Source of the DNA: an uncultured Nitrososphaeraceae archaeon
GTDB taxonomy: Archaea > Thermoproteota > Nitrososphaeria > Nitrososphaerales > Nitrososphaeraceae
NCBI GenBank assembly: GCA_963729045.1
Contig: CAVSMN010000008.1
Span: 36,444 to 100,443 of the forward strand
Direction: 5' to 3'
DNA: 64,000 nt
Within the stretch, counting starts at the first letter, position 1; every line of letters starts with the position of its first letter. Both the position numbers and the translations under genes were made by a program. Positions 54,002 through 64,000 of the stretch are shown here, piece after piece. Below the pieces are notes generated by a model. The model saw nothing but the letters and a program-made list of their open reading frames with translations. It ran no database searches and was not told the origin of the DNA.

Positions 54002-56437
54002 TTGACTATCAAAGACAATACCGAGAAGGAAAAACCAGGAAAAAGGCATGGAGATGAAGAGAATAAAAAGTCGTCTTACCGATTAATCAAGGAAGATAAA
54101 AATCATAATTCTAATAATCAACATAGCGCTTGTTACGACAAAAATCTCAAAGCTATTAGAAGTGATAAAGATAAAAATAACAATAACTCAATTGGGGAGA
54201 AAACAGTGGTTGTCTATGGCGAGGATAAAACTACGGAATTAATTGTACATACACTGAATAATGCGAAAGATAGGTGGGATAATTACGCTGATTCCCAAGG
54301 GCCTACAGTAGCAATGGGTGTGGAAAAATTGAGGAAAGGCATGAGACATGCATATGAAAGGGGAGTCAAAATCAAATACATTTCTGAGATTACAAAACAC
54401 AATATCAATTATTGTAAAGAACTGATGAAAATAGCTGAGGTGCGTCATGTGGACAATGCGAAAGGGGGTATGGCAGTAAGCGAAAGTGAATATATTGCTA
54501 CAGCTAAATTACAAGAAGCCAAACCTGTGTCCCACCTTATCCATAGTAACGTAATGGAAATAGTGGAGCAGCAGCAGTATGTTTTTAAGAGTCTTTGGGC
54601 CAATGCCATACCCGCAATACAAAGGATTAGGGAGATCGAGGATGGTCATGAGAGAATAGAAACAAGGGTTCTTGATGACCAGGATGAAATAAACGATAAG
54701 ATAAGGTCTTTGAGTAAAGATGGTGAAGAAATACTAATTTGCTCAGATACCGGCTTGCTAAAAATAGTACATGATTGTTTTTTTTCAGTATACCAGGAAA
54801 TAATGGAAAAGTATGACAAGGGTTATCACAAGGGTGTAAGGTGGATCACAGACTTGAGTCGTAGAGAGGACGCCAACGTAGCCAAGTTATTCATGGACAT
54901 TGGCATTAAAATAAGAAGTATTAGAAACCTGCCTCCACCAAACTTCCTAGTAACTGACCGAGTCTTTTTCTCAAACTCTGAAAAAATTGATCACAATCAA
55001 GATAGAAAAACCATTAAGCAGATGTTTACAACAAATGACGTCCTATACATCAACCAGTACAAACTAACATTTGAGGAACTGTGGGAAAATGGCATAGATG
55101 CTATAGACATAATAGAGGACACAGAAAGGGGACTTGATACTGAAAGAGTGGATATCATCTCAAGGTCAAACAACGCGGAAACCGCATATCTTGATCTGCT
55201 GAGATCATCAAATAAAGAGATAATGCTAATACTTCCAACTGTAAACGCGTTTCTAAGGCAGTGGAAACTAGGGGTGTTTGAATTGATAACCCAAGCAGCA
55301 GTGAACAGAAATGTAAAGATACGAATGCTGATCCCTAACAACGAGAAGACAGAGAAATTTGTTGAAAGATTGAAAAAACAAAGTTTGTTGATATACAACA
55401 CAAGTAATAATGACAACAATAACAGCAAGAAAGTTCAGATAAGGCCCACCCAAACTTTAACTGAAACAGGATCCACCATTCTTATAGTCGACAAGAAGGT
55501 ATCACTTGTAATGGAACTAAAGGATGATTCCAAAGAAAAGTTTCATGAAGCCATAGGGATATCGACATATTCAAACAGCAAAGCGGGTGTTTTATCTTAT
55601 GTTTCAATATTTGAGAACTTGTGGAATCAAACCGAAATATATCAGCAGCTAAAAAAAAGTGAAGAGTTGCAGCAAGACTTTATTCGGATTGCTGCTCATG
55701 AATTAAGGAGCCCTATACAACCAATACTGGCAATTTCTGAAATGCTCAAATCAAATGTAAACTCAAAGGAATTAGGAAACTCTCAACAGATTCAGGTGAA
55801 CAGAGAAGAGATAAATGACTATATTGATGCTATTATAAGAAATGCAAAAAAATTGGTATCATTAACAAATAGTATTCTAGATATTACCAGAATAGAAACA
55901 AACTCCTTGACTCTTAGGAAAGAGACCGTTGATCTAAGACTGTTTTTGCTAGAACAGGTGATGGAATACGAAAATCAATATACTAGTAAAATGGAACCTA
56001 TGGACCTGCATAATATAACAAATTGTGACAGATACAAAACTCGCATGGTTTATTCACAATTAAACAATAACATAATTCACGATTCTCTTTTGGTCAAACT
56101 GGACAAGTCAAGGATCGCACAAGTTATTTGCAATTTATTGGATAATGCATTTAAGTTTACAAATGATGGTGACACTATAAATATTATATTAGATATAGAA
56201 TTCATAAATGACCAAAAATGTGTGGTTATATCCATAAGGGACAGCGGGAAAGGCATTGACAGGGAGATACTACCTAAGTTGTTTACCAAATTTACAACCA
56301 TGTCAGAAAAAGGAATTGGCCTTGGATTATACATCACAAAGAGTATCATAGAAGCCCATAGTGGAAGGATTTGGGCAAGGAATAATGAGAATGGAACAGG
56401 TGCCACCTTTTCGTTCACCTTACCATGCGATCCATAA
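54002..56437 (+). CDS. Cytoplasmic sensor histidine kinase (repeated thaumarchaeal N-terminal modules)
   Basis: AAHELRSPIQP, QVICNLLDNAFKF, DSGKGI, GIGLGL; three repeated modules ending in F..LW.N. Confidence 0.92.
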   Translation: MTIKDNTEKEKPGKRHGDEENKKSSYRLIKEDKNHNSNNQHSACYDKNLKAIRSDKDKNNNNSIGEKTVVVYGEDKTTELIVHTLNNAKDRWDNYADSQGPTVAMGVEKLRKGMRHAYERGVKIKYISEITKHNINYCKELMKIAEVRHVDNAKGGMAVSESEYIATAKLQEAKPVSHLIHSNVMEIVEQQQYVFKSLWANAIPAIQRIREIEDGHERIETRVLDDQDEINDKIRSLSKDGEEILICSDTGLLKIVHDCFFSVYQEIMEKYDKGYHKGVRWITDLSRREDANVAKLFMDIGIKIRSIRNLPPPNFLVTDRVFFSNSEKIDHNQDRKTIKQMFTTNDVLYINQYKLTFEELWENGIDAIDIIEDTERGLDTERVDIISRSNNAETAYLDLLRSSNKEIMLILPTVNAFLRQWKLGVFELITQAAVNRNVKIRMLIPNNEKTEKFVERLKKQSLLIYNTSNNDNNNSKKVQIRPTQTLTETGSTILIVDKKVSLVMELKDDSKEKFHEAIGISTYSNSKAGVLSYVSIFENLWNQTEIYQQLKKSEELQQDFIRIAAHELRSPIQPILAISEMLKSNVNSKELGNSQQIQVNREEINDYIDAIIRNAKKLVSLTNSILDITRIETNSLTLRKETVDLRLFLLEQVMEYENQYTSKMEPMDLHNITNCDRYKTRMVYSQLNNNIIHDSLLVKLDKSRIAQVICNLLDNAFKFTNDGDTINIILDIEFINDQKCVVISIRDSGKGIDREILPKLFTKFTTMSEKGIGLGLYITKSIIEAHSGRIWARNNENGTGATFSFTLPCDP

Positions 56438-56918
56438 TATAAGGATCCATCACTGGAATCTTGGCGACAACGACAACCCTACTATCACAATGAACTTAAC
56501 CTCATGAGCTTTGTTATTTTTGCTTATAAGATGGATTCATAGTGATACCAAATTGGATGGATGTTTGGATCCTTCTTATCATCTAATGTTTCGATGTGCA
56601 TCTGAAGGATGCTTTAATCCAAATAATCCTCTAACTGTCTCTCTGTCATGGGCTTTCCGAAGCCAAGACTTGTATTTAGAATTTTCATAGATAATATTTT
56701 ATTATTATTAAATATTTGAAGATAGCAGTAACGCTTTAGGATGCATTCAATACGTAAACCATATACCATTTATATTGATTATAAGTTGACGTCATGATTA
56801 TTCCTATTATTTATTGAAAGTATTAGAAGATTATGATAAAACTAGTATGGCAATTCATATTTACCAAGCTAAGAACTACTACTTTGTTTAAATAATATTC
56901 ATATTTGATGTATATCAG

Positions 56919-57944
56919 ATGCAAGTAGGAATTGACAGTTTTGCAGCTTTTCATGTTGATACCAAGAAATCAATAAGTTCATCCGAACGCTTGCAAAGAT
57001 TGGTTGAACAAATTGAATATGCAGATCAAATTGGGTTGGACGTATTTGGAGTAGGCGAACATCACCGTCATGGATTCCTTGATTCTGCTCCAGCTGTCAT
57101 CCTAGGAGCGGCCTCAGCACGAACTAAACATATACGCCTTACCAGTGCAGTAACGGTATTGAGTGCAGCCGATCCCGTAAGGATATTCCAAGAATTCGCA
57201 ACTTTGGATCTTTTGTCTCAAGGTAGGGCGGAGATGGTAGTGGGCCGCGGCTCATTCATCGAGGCATTCCCATTGTTTGGCCTGAAGTTGGATGACTACG
57301 ATACCCTTTTTTCAGAGAAGCTCGAATTGCTGTTAAAGATTCGTGAAAATGAGCATGTCCATTGGTCTGGCAAATATCGACCTGCTCTGACTGGACAGGG
57401 AATCTATCCAAGGCCCTTGCAGAATCCTCTGCCGATATGGATAGGTGTTGGTGGAACTCCGGAATCTTTTGTTAGAGCTGGTTTACTTGGATTACCTCTG
57501 ATGGTCGCAATCATCGGCGGCCAAACACCCAGTTTCAAACCATTAATAGATCTATATAGAGAGGCAGGAAAAAGGGCAGGCCATTTACCACATCAGCTTA
57601 ACGTAGGTATACATTCGCTGGGTTATGTGGCAGAGAGCACTCAAGAGGCAGTTGATGACTTTTTTCCGGGCTATGCACATAGCATGAACGAAATAGGAAA
57701 GGAACGTGGATGGCCTCCAATAACTCGTAGGGATTTTGAAGCCCAGCGGGGCCCCAACGGAGCGCTCCTCATAGGCAATCCGGAAGAAGTTACAGAGAAA
57801 ATTATTAGACACAGTCAAGCGCTCGGTGGTATATCCCGAGTTACTTTCATGATGAATCCGGCATCATTACCTCACGAAAAGCTTATGCGAGCTACGGAAT
57901 TAATAGGTTCCCGAGTAGCTCCGGTCCTACACAAACTCGGTTAA
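56919..57944 (+). CDS. LLM-class flavin-dependent oxidoreductase (luciferase-like)
   Basis: FGVGEHHR, RLTSAVTVLS..DPVR.FQEFATLDLLS.GRAE, WIGVGGTPES. Confidence 0.93.
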   Translation: MQVGIDSFAAFHVDTKKSISSSERLQRLVEQIEYADQIGLDVFGVGEHHRHGFLDSAPAVILGAASARTKHIRLTSAVTVLSAADPVRIFQEFATLDLLSQGRAEMVVGRGSFIEAFPLFGLKLDDYDTLFSEKLELLLKIRENEHVHWSGKYRPALTGQGIYPRPLQNPLPIWIGVGGTPESFVRAGLLGLPLMVAIIGGQTPSFKPLIDLYREAGKRAGHLPHQLNVGIHSLGYVAESTQEAVDDFFPGYAHSMNEIGKERGWPPITRRDFEAQRGPNGALLIGNPEEVTEKIIRHSQALGGISRVTFMMNPASLPHEKLMRATELIGSRVAPVLHKLG

Positions 57945-58378
57945 ATCGATTTACAGCATGTTTAAGATACACATTTCAGAAAATAGCTACTTATTATCGT
58001 ATTAGAAAATATTGTTCTTTGCAAACACCACCAGAAGTCGATCATAAAACAGACGGAAAGTTAAGAAAATAAGAGAAACATAAAAGCGATCACTTGATAG
58101 CAACCATCTTAATGTTAGAGAAGATAAGGAAATCAAATCTTGCATAAAATAAGAAAAGGAAAAGGAAAAAAAAATATGAGTTACAGAGAAAATTATTGAA
58201 GAATTACTAAAAATTATAGTTAAATGAATATTGAAAATAAGAGATCTTTTAAAAATCCATCTTTTCTAAACTTGGTAAAGAGGATTAGGATGTTAGAATC
58301 ACTAGCATTCTAAGCTTTAACAGTGACTCCATTGCATCAATTCCTAATAATCCTACTGCAGTATCTTTTAGATCCATG

Positions 58379-58675
58379 TTATGGATTCTTTCTAGAATAC
58401 CAGCCAGTACAGGCGTGCTTTGTCCTCAACTGATTAATACTTTCTTCAACTATTTGGTCAAGATTCTTATCCTCCCCTATGAATGCCAATCTCGTAGCGT
58501 GAGTCTTCAATAGAGTCCTTACAGGATCAACTACTACGAATACGCTAAGGACTTCTTTCAAATCCATGTCCGGAATTCTTTCTAAAATGGCAGTAAAAAT
58601 TGGGTACTTTGTCCTCAACTCATCACTCTGTTCCTTAACCTTCTGAGGGCTGGCATTTTCATTTGAACTAGTCAT
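58379..58675 (-). CDS. Hypothetical protein (possibly C-terminally disrupted, internal duplication)
   Basis: 98-aa ORF with repeated LRTK; a MDLKD.A segment follows the stop. Confidence 0.45.
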   Translation of the reverse strand: MTSSNENASPQKVKEQSDELRTKYPIFTAILERIPDMDLKEVLSVFVVVDPVRTLLKTHATRLAFIGEDKNLDQIVEESINQLRTKHACTGWYSRKNP

Positions 58676-58737
58676 AAGTCACAATCTCCAATCATGGTAT
58701 TTTAAGCTTACTTCTATTGCTATAAGATTGTAGTTTC

Positions 58738-59020
58738 ATGAAATCGGTGATGTTTCTAATTCATCCGAGTTCAAAGACATATGAGGTCTCTTGGTGTTGT
58801 ACCTTGTTATGAATACATCAAAGGATTCAAAGTACATCATATTTGATTGAAATGTCTCGTAGAATCTTTCTATCCTACCATTTGTTTGAGGATGATGTAC
58901 TCTTTCCAAATGTGTTTGATCTTTCTACTGACTGAAATGTATCTATTGCAACTGCTTTAATTTCGCCGGAATTGGCATAGAACTTACCACCCTCCATTGA
59001 TGACGGGAACTCGACCATAG
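58738..59020 (-). mobile_element. IS481/IS3-like transposase (rve) C-terminal relic
   Basis: Manual translation HHPQTNGRIERFYETFQSN...YNTKRPHMSL. Confidence 0.75.
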
Positions 59021-59108
59021 TTTTTTATCTCAAATATGGTAATTAGAAATTGTGCAGCGACATGTTCACAACGACGGATAAATATAAATAGAATGGTAGA
59101 CATTATTT

Positions 59109-59639
59109 ATGAGATTCCAGATGCAATTTTATAAAACAAAACAATGTATTATTCTACCTGTATTAGCCACAATCATCACTTTTACCCTCCTAAGTTTACC
59201 GGGGTTAGGGAACCAATATGCAAACTCCCAATCTAATGAAACAAACTCGACCTCAAATACTACAAGTACTGGCGTTGAGCTGAAAGATATACTTCCCTCG
59301 CCTTTACATTTAAAGTCTGGCAGCAAATTTCAAATTATTGCAACAGTTGTTAATGATTCACCAAATAAGATAACATTTACTGCAGGAGTATGCGATTCAC
59401 CTATATCTGCACAATTTCTCAAAAATGTTGTAATAAGATATATGCAGGGCTGTACTGCAACTTCACCTCCTTTCGAATTACAATCTGGAGAAGAAGTTAC
59501 TGTAGCGGGACCATCTTCTGGCACAATTTATCAAGCATTAGCAGCTGGACAAACAACAGCGAGCGCCACTTTTTATTACCAGACTGAGAATGGACAGGCC
59601 GCAAACATTACACAACCGTTTGTATTCACAATAGGTTAG
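59109..59639 (+). CDS. Secreted hypothetical protein
   Basis: Signal peptide, beta-rich domain with two Cys. Confidence 0.75.
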   Translation: MRFQMQFYKTKQCIILPVLATIITFTLLSLPGLGNQYANSQSNETNSTSNTTSTGVELKDILPSPLHLKSGSKFQIIATVVNDSPNKITFTAGVCDSPISAQFLKNVVIRYMQGCTATSPPFELQSGEEVTVAGPSSGTIYQALAAGQTTASATFYYQTENGQAANITQPFVFTIG

Positions 59640-60044
59640 CATTACCGTCTAAATCCTTTTTTCTATATCTTTGTGGCTTCGCCATGACCTACTGACTCGC
59701 AAAGTTCTTACTCGATAGAAGTAAAACCGACTGTTGTTCCGTACCAATGATCCCAAGTGTACCTGCACCTCGTGTATTCGTCTAACTTTCCCTGCAATCG
59801 AGTACCACATTCGTTAAAATGCTCTTGTCAAACACATTATGTGAAATCTATAATCATAAAATTGGAAATTACGACTAGTTTTTCGATAGGCTAAGAAGAA
59901 AAAACAGGTTTGATTGGATCTACTTACCATTAACTAATGTTATTCTATATTATTTCGGTTGTAAATGCGCTAAAATTTACAAAATATATTCTTTCTAATC
60001 TTTGAAAATTAAGTCAGTTCGGATCCAGAGGTAATTCTAATTTA

Positions 60045-60105
60045 TGAATCTGTGATTATATGGTATGGATTCGAGTCTCACTCCCGAGGCTTAAAACAGG
60101 AATCA
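60045..60105 (+). repeat. Family A site A14 with tRNA-like 3' arm
   Basis: TGAATCTGTGATTATATGGTATGGATTCGAGTCTCACTCCCGAGGCTTAAAACAGGAATCA; downstream flank shared with A5. Confidence 0.8.
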
Positions 60106-60191
60106 CAGAAATAGTATAAAATACATATTTCGTTTCTGCATCTATGCTTGTTTACATACTTGTTGGTTAAATATTGGTATTAACAACATCA

Positions 60192-61343
60192 TCAATAATT
60201 TTTTACATACAACAATGGTTCTCTATAATTATCTCTATCACTTGTAAAGTAACCATGGCCTTTTCCATCACATGTTGTTGATGATGTTGATCCACTGCTT
60301 AATAACGCATTGCGTACTTCTGAAGGTGAAGCACCAGGATGAGAGGCCTCATATAATGCAGCTGCTCCGGCAACATGTGGTGAGGCCATGCTTGTTCCAC
60401 TCATTGTCGCATATGAGTTCCCTTTGTAAGTAGAATATATCTTGGTTCCAGGTGCTGCCATATCTACAACTGCACCATAATTGCTGAAACTTGCCAGTGT
60501 GTCATCCCTTCCAAAACCCGTGCTAGGACCCGTTCCTCCACATTTGCCATCACTATCTCCAATGGCTGAAACAGCTATAACATTGGGATTATTGGCAGGG
60601 GAGAATGTAGAAGCATCTTTTCCCGAATTTCCCGAAGCTACTACAAACGTGATTCCAGCCTTTACAGCATTGTTTATTGCAGTATCAAACGCAGAAGATT
60701 TACATTCGCAACCAAGACTAAGATTAGCAACCTCTATTTGACTTGCGTATTGTCTAATATAGTCAATACCTTTTATTATTGTCGATAAGGCTCCTGAACC
60801 GTTTTTATCCAACACCTTGATTGCCCACAGTTTTGCTCCAGGTGCTACTCCAACTACTCCTATGGAATTGTCTTTGGCTGCTGCAATTCCTGCAACATGG
60901 GTCCCATGACCGTTATCATCATTTCCTGACGACGTACCTGAGACAAAGGATTTCTGGTGATAGATGTTTAGATCAGAATGGCTAGTATGTATTCCACTAT
61001 CCAGGATGGCTATGTCTGTATTGATGGCTCCACCACCATTCCCTGACTTTGTAGAGCTTAGGTCGCCATCAACCCTATTGACTCCACTTGGCAGTGTTTG
61101 AGCAAATGCTTTAACTGTCTTGTCTTTTTCGATATAATCTACAAATGGGCTTTGTTCAAGCACCTCGATAACTCTTTCATTTGGAACGCTAATTGTAAAT
61201 CCATTTAATACATCTTCATAAATATGGAGTATTTCAGTTCCCTCAATATTTACCTTTTTTGCAACCTCAGAAAGAATGTCACGCAAATTCAAGGCATCAT
61301 CATTTAGAACCACAATGTATTGGCCCGGTATTACCTGTCCCAT
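60192..61343 (-). CDS. Subtilisin-like S8 serine protease with I9 propeptide
   Basis: IAILDSGI, NGHGTHVAG, SGTSMASPHVAG; IPGQYIVVL propeptide. Confidence 0.95.
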   Translation of the reverse strand: MGQVIPGQYIVVLNDDALNLRDILSEVAKKVNIEGTEILHIYEDVLNGFTISVPNERVIEVLEQSPFVDYIEKDKTVKAFAQTLPSGVNRVDGDLSSTKSGNGGGAINTDIAILDSGIHTSHSDLNIYHQKSFVSGTSSGNDDNGHGTHVAGIAAAKDNSIGVVGVAPGAKLWAIKVLDKNGSGALSTIIKGIDYIRQYASQIEVANLSLGCECKSSAFDTAINNAVKAGITFVVASGNSGKDASTFSPANNPNVIAVSAIGDSDGKCGGTGPSTGFGRDDTLASFSNYGAVVDMAAPGTKIYSTYKGNSYATMSGTSMASPHVAGAAALYEASHPGASPSEVRNALLSSGSTSSTTCDGKGHGYFTSDRDNYREPLLYVKNY

Positions 61344-61915
61344 TTTGGATGTTGAGGAAGAAGGTGGTGGAGATGGGAGGAGGATGATGGTGACAAAGAA
61401 TTAGATAAAACATCAGAGTTAGGCAATTTATCCAGGATAGAGGTAAGAATGCTGGGAGTTGTTGCTGTTGTTCCTTTATCTTTTTCGTTTCCAGAGCCCG
61501 AGTTGCCTATCCCATCTATTGCATCATCAGAATAGACTGCATAATCATTAATTTTGCTTTCATCATTATTTTTTGAATCTACGGACTTTTCATTCAAAGT
61601 CTTTTCATGAGCATCTTTGTTACCAGTTTTAGAATCTGAATTGCCTACATCATTATTGTCTTTTGTATTTAGACCTGGAATCATGTCGTATAATTCTTTT
61701 AAATTGTTATTCTCTTTGTTGTTAATATCGCCATAAAAATTTTCATTATTGTTAAATTTATTATCATTATTAAAATCAAGAAAAGGAAGATCAGGAATAC
61801 CACCACTTTGTGCATAGGATATCGGCGTAGAAATAGATGACAAGAATCCCATTGTCATTATAAAAAAAGTTACAATCAATTTTGTAATAATATTATGTTT
61901 TTTATTCACAAACAC
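61331..61915 (-). CDS. Signal peptide plus N/D-rich region; probably the frameshifted N-terminus of the S8 protease
   Basis: Overlaps the protease start; alternative frame near 61380 reads PSPPPSSSTSKMGQV. Confidence 0.6.
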   Translation of the reverse strand: MFVNKKHNIITKLIVTFFIMTMGFLSSISTPISYAQSGGIPDLPFLDFNNDNKFNNNENFYGDINNKENNNLKELYDMIPGLNTKDNNDVGNSDSKTGNKDAHEKTLNEKSVDSKNNDESKINDYAVYSDDAIDGIGNSGSGNEKDKGTTATTPSILTSILDKLPNSDVLSNSLSPSSSSHLHHLLPQHPKWDR

Positions 61916-62304
61916 AAAATAATCATTTGGGCTAAAAGAAATGTCAAGATATCTTACTAAAGAATTCTTTCTATTTTAATAGTAGAAAATCATATAAACT
62001 AAAACAGCGAATCATACGAAATTTTTGTATAATTTAACTAATCATCTTTATATTTGTAGATGTCTAATCAATAGACTAGATAACTACAAGCTTATCAAAA
62101 CTAGTATATATGAAATTCATGCAAACAAAGACTATTCGATCGGTCTGGTTAACTGTTCTTTTTTATTTCGATAAGCACATCAAAGATAAGGATCTTTATA
62201 GAAAGCCGCAATCACAATTTTTCCTACCCAAGGCGTATCACGACAAAAAAAATAAAGCTAATTTATGGAAAAAAAGGAAATTCAAGTCCCTTATCTGCCG
62301 ATTC

Positions 62305-62520
62305 TTAGGAATGTTCCACCCCAAAGGCTATCTTTACCGTAGAATGATATTCAGTTATTTTTCCCGTATTTGGATCCACCCTAGCTGTCATATCGGTTAA
62401 CTCAATTCCAGTTATACCGTGAATTGTTTTTGTCGCTTCAGTTAATGCTACCTGAGCAGCATCCTCCCAGCTCTTGTCCGATGAGCCTACTATTTCTATT
62501 ATTTTTGCTACATGTGTCAT
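62305..62520 (-). CDS. Dodecin family flavin-binding protein
   Basis: VAKIIEIVGSSDKSWEDAAQVAL.EA.KT...ITEYHSTVKIAF. Confidence 0.9.
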   Translation of the reverse strand: MTHVAKIIEIVGSSDKSWEDAAQVALTEATKTIHGITGIELTDMTARVDPNTGKITEYHSTVKIAFGVEHS

Positions 62521-62777
62521 GTTTCAAATTAAAGAATATATGTTAAATAGGTAATCTAGTAACATGGTTTACGTAGGTAAATTGACCTTTATTTTGATAA
62601 TTCAAATCAAAAATTTGCTTAATAGTTATAAAAAAAAATTAAAACAGGTTAAGATTTTAAATGAGATGATTACGGATGAATGATGAAGTTTACTTAGTTA
62701 GAAGACTGAGAATTTTGATATATTAAATTTATTTTCAAATTAATATAGTCTTAAAAATAATAATAAAAAAAAGGATA

Positions 62778-63726
62778 TTAGTCTTGTGCTAACGCATTAT
62801 TCCCGCTATTTACTTGATTTTGGAAACTAGCGTTGTTACAAGAAACAGTTGCATCTTCACCTGAAACACATTGGGAATTCTGTTCACTGTCTTGATCTTG
62901 GCCTATACCTTGGTCAGCATCATTACCGTCATTGCCATTATTACCGTTTCCGCCTCTTGAGCAGCTGCATTGTTTCCATCATTATCCTGGTTTTGGACAC
63001 TTACGTTGTTACAAGAATTACCCAGACTACCACCAGATACACATTGGGAATTCTGTTTTGACGATTGAGATTGGCCTATACCTTGGTCAGCATCATTGCC
63101 GTCATTGCCATTATCACCGTTTCCGCCTCTTGGGCCAGCTGCATTGTTTCCATCATTATCCTGGTTTTGGACACTTACGTTGTTACAAGAGTCATTTGTA
63201 TCGTCACCTGAAACACATTGGGAGTTTTGACTTGAAGATTGAGATTGGCCTATACCTTGGTCAGCGTCATTGCCGTCATTGTCATTATCACCGTTTCCAC
63301 CTCTTGGGCAGCTGCATTGTTTCCATCATTATCCTGGTTTTGGACACTTACGTTGTTACAAGAGTCATTTGTATCATCACCTGAAACACATTGGGAGTTT
63401 TGACTAGACGATTGAGATTGGCCTATGCCTTGTGAAGCACTGTTTCCATTGCCGTTATTGCCATTATTGCGTTAATCATCTTCGTCGATAGTTTTAGAAC
63501 CAAAATCACCATCATAATCGTCATCATAGTGTGCTCTTAGGTTCTTGTCACATGCTTCTTCATTATCTTCATAGTAATCTTCGTCATCCTTACATTGACC
63601 AATATCCACTCCATAGTGTGCGAATGCGTTTTGAAAATTGGATGTTGTAGGACCAAGCGTAATTAATGTAGCAAATACTGCTACAACTAATACTGCAGTT
63701 AATTTTGTGTTATTTGACTTTAACAT
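62778..63726 (-). pseudogene. Secreted N/Q/S/G-rich tandem-repeat protein, apparent frameshifts
   Basis: Signal peptide (ORF 63472..63726) then four units like GNSASQGIGQSQSSSQNSQCVSGDDTNDSCNNVSVQNQDNDGNNAAAQ. Confidence 0.75.
62800..63460 (-). repeat. Tandem repeat, ~174-bp unit, about 4 copies
   Basis: CACATTGGG anchors at 62867, 63040, 63214, 63387 (spacing 173, 174, 173). Confidence 0.92.
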
Positions 63727-64000
63727 TCTATTCTTGTCTTCTTTAGTAATAATATATGATATAATAATTTTTGAATATACTTTGCAAATTTAGTTCTATT
63801 AAAAAAATTTGTAATAGTTTTCTATAAAGTTCTTATACTACTCATTTGGAATAGTTGTGTTTATATTTGTCTAAACATTCGGCAAGATTCTTCAATTAAA
63901 GATGAATAAATTTTTTAGTTAACCTAATCCTACTCTGAATAGTAACAATATCAATGTAGATGTGGACATAATAATTCCCTAGATTTGTTGGTAGATTGGA

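Noticed and set aside
11195..60105. Family A as canonical integron attC sites with an IntI gene
   Set aside because: No consistent RYYYAAC...GTTRRRY ends seen and no intact integrase in the window; kept only as an analogy.
11195..60105. Family A as simple terminators or MITEs
   Set aside because: Orientation is constant regardless of gene direction, no target duplications are visible, and arms are shuffled; not formally excluded.
62849..63384. His/Cys-rich plus-strand ORFs
   Set aside because: Antisense translation of the minus-strand N/D/G repeat gene.
62800..63460. Diversity-generating retroelement template/variable repeats
   Set aside because: Differences between units are not adenine-specific and no reverse transcriptase is present.

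Overview
AT-rich accessory region, most likely from an ammonia-oxidising archaeon of the Nitrososphaerales (Nitrosocosmicus-like). That assignment is an inference from the gene families: MEDS/receiver pairs, thaumarchaeal-type histidine kinases, N/Q/S-rich secreted proteins and a characteristic integrase N-terminus. No core housekeeping genes, rRNA or complete tRNA are visible. The window holds about 55 small adaptive genes or gene relics: signal transduction, arsenic resistance (aquaporin-arsC-arsM), MFS, DoxX, cupins, SnoaL/VOC folds, an LLM oxidoreductase, secreted proteases and a nuclease. It also has a decayed glycosyltransferase/carbamoyltransferase block, an IS5-like element with perfect 17-bp inverted ends and an IS481-like relic. 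The main unexplained structure is a set of more than 20 short intergenic repeats in three families (A, B, C), all on the + strand, that divide 11-60 kb into 1-several-gene blocks. Family A is an imperfect hairpin built around a tRNA T-loop core (TTCGAGTCCCA), and its left and right arms occur in shuffled combinations. The copy that retains a tRNA-Ser-like 3' end sits directly before a truncated tyrosine-integrase-like gene. Several blocks occur twice in different contexts. Together this suggests an integron-like, tRNA-derived gene-cassette accretion/shuffling array. Many single-base frameshifts may be sequencing or assembly errors rather than real pseudogenes.
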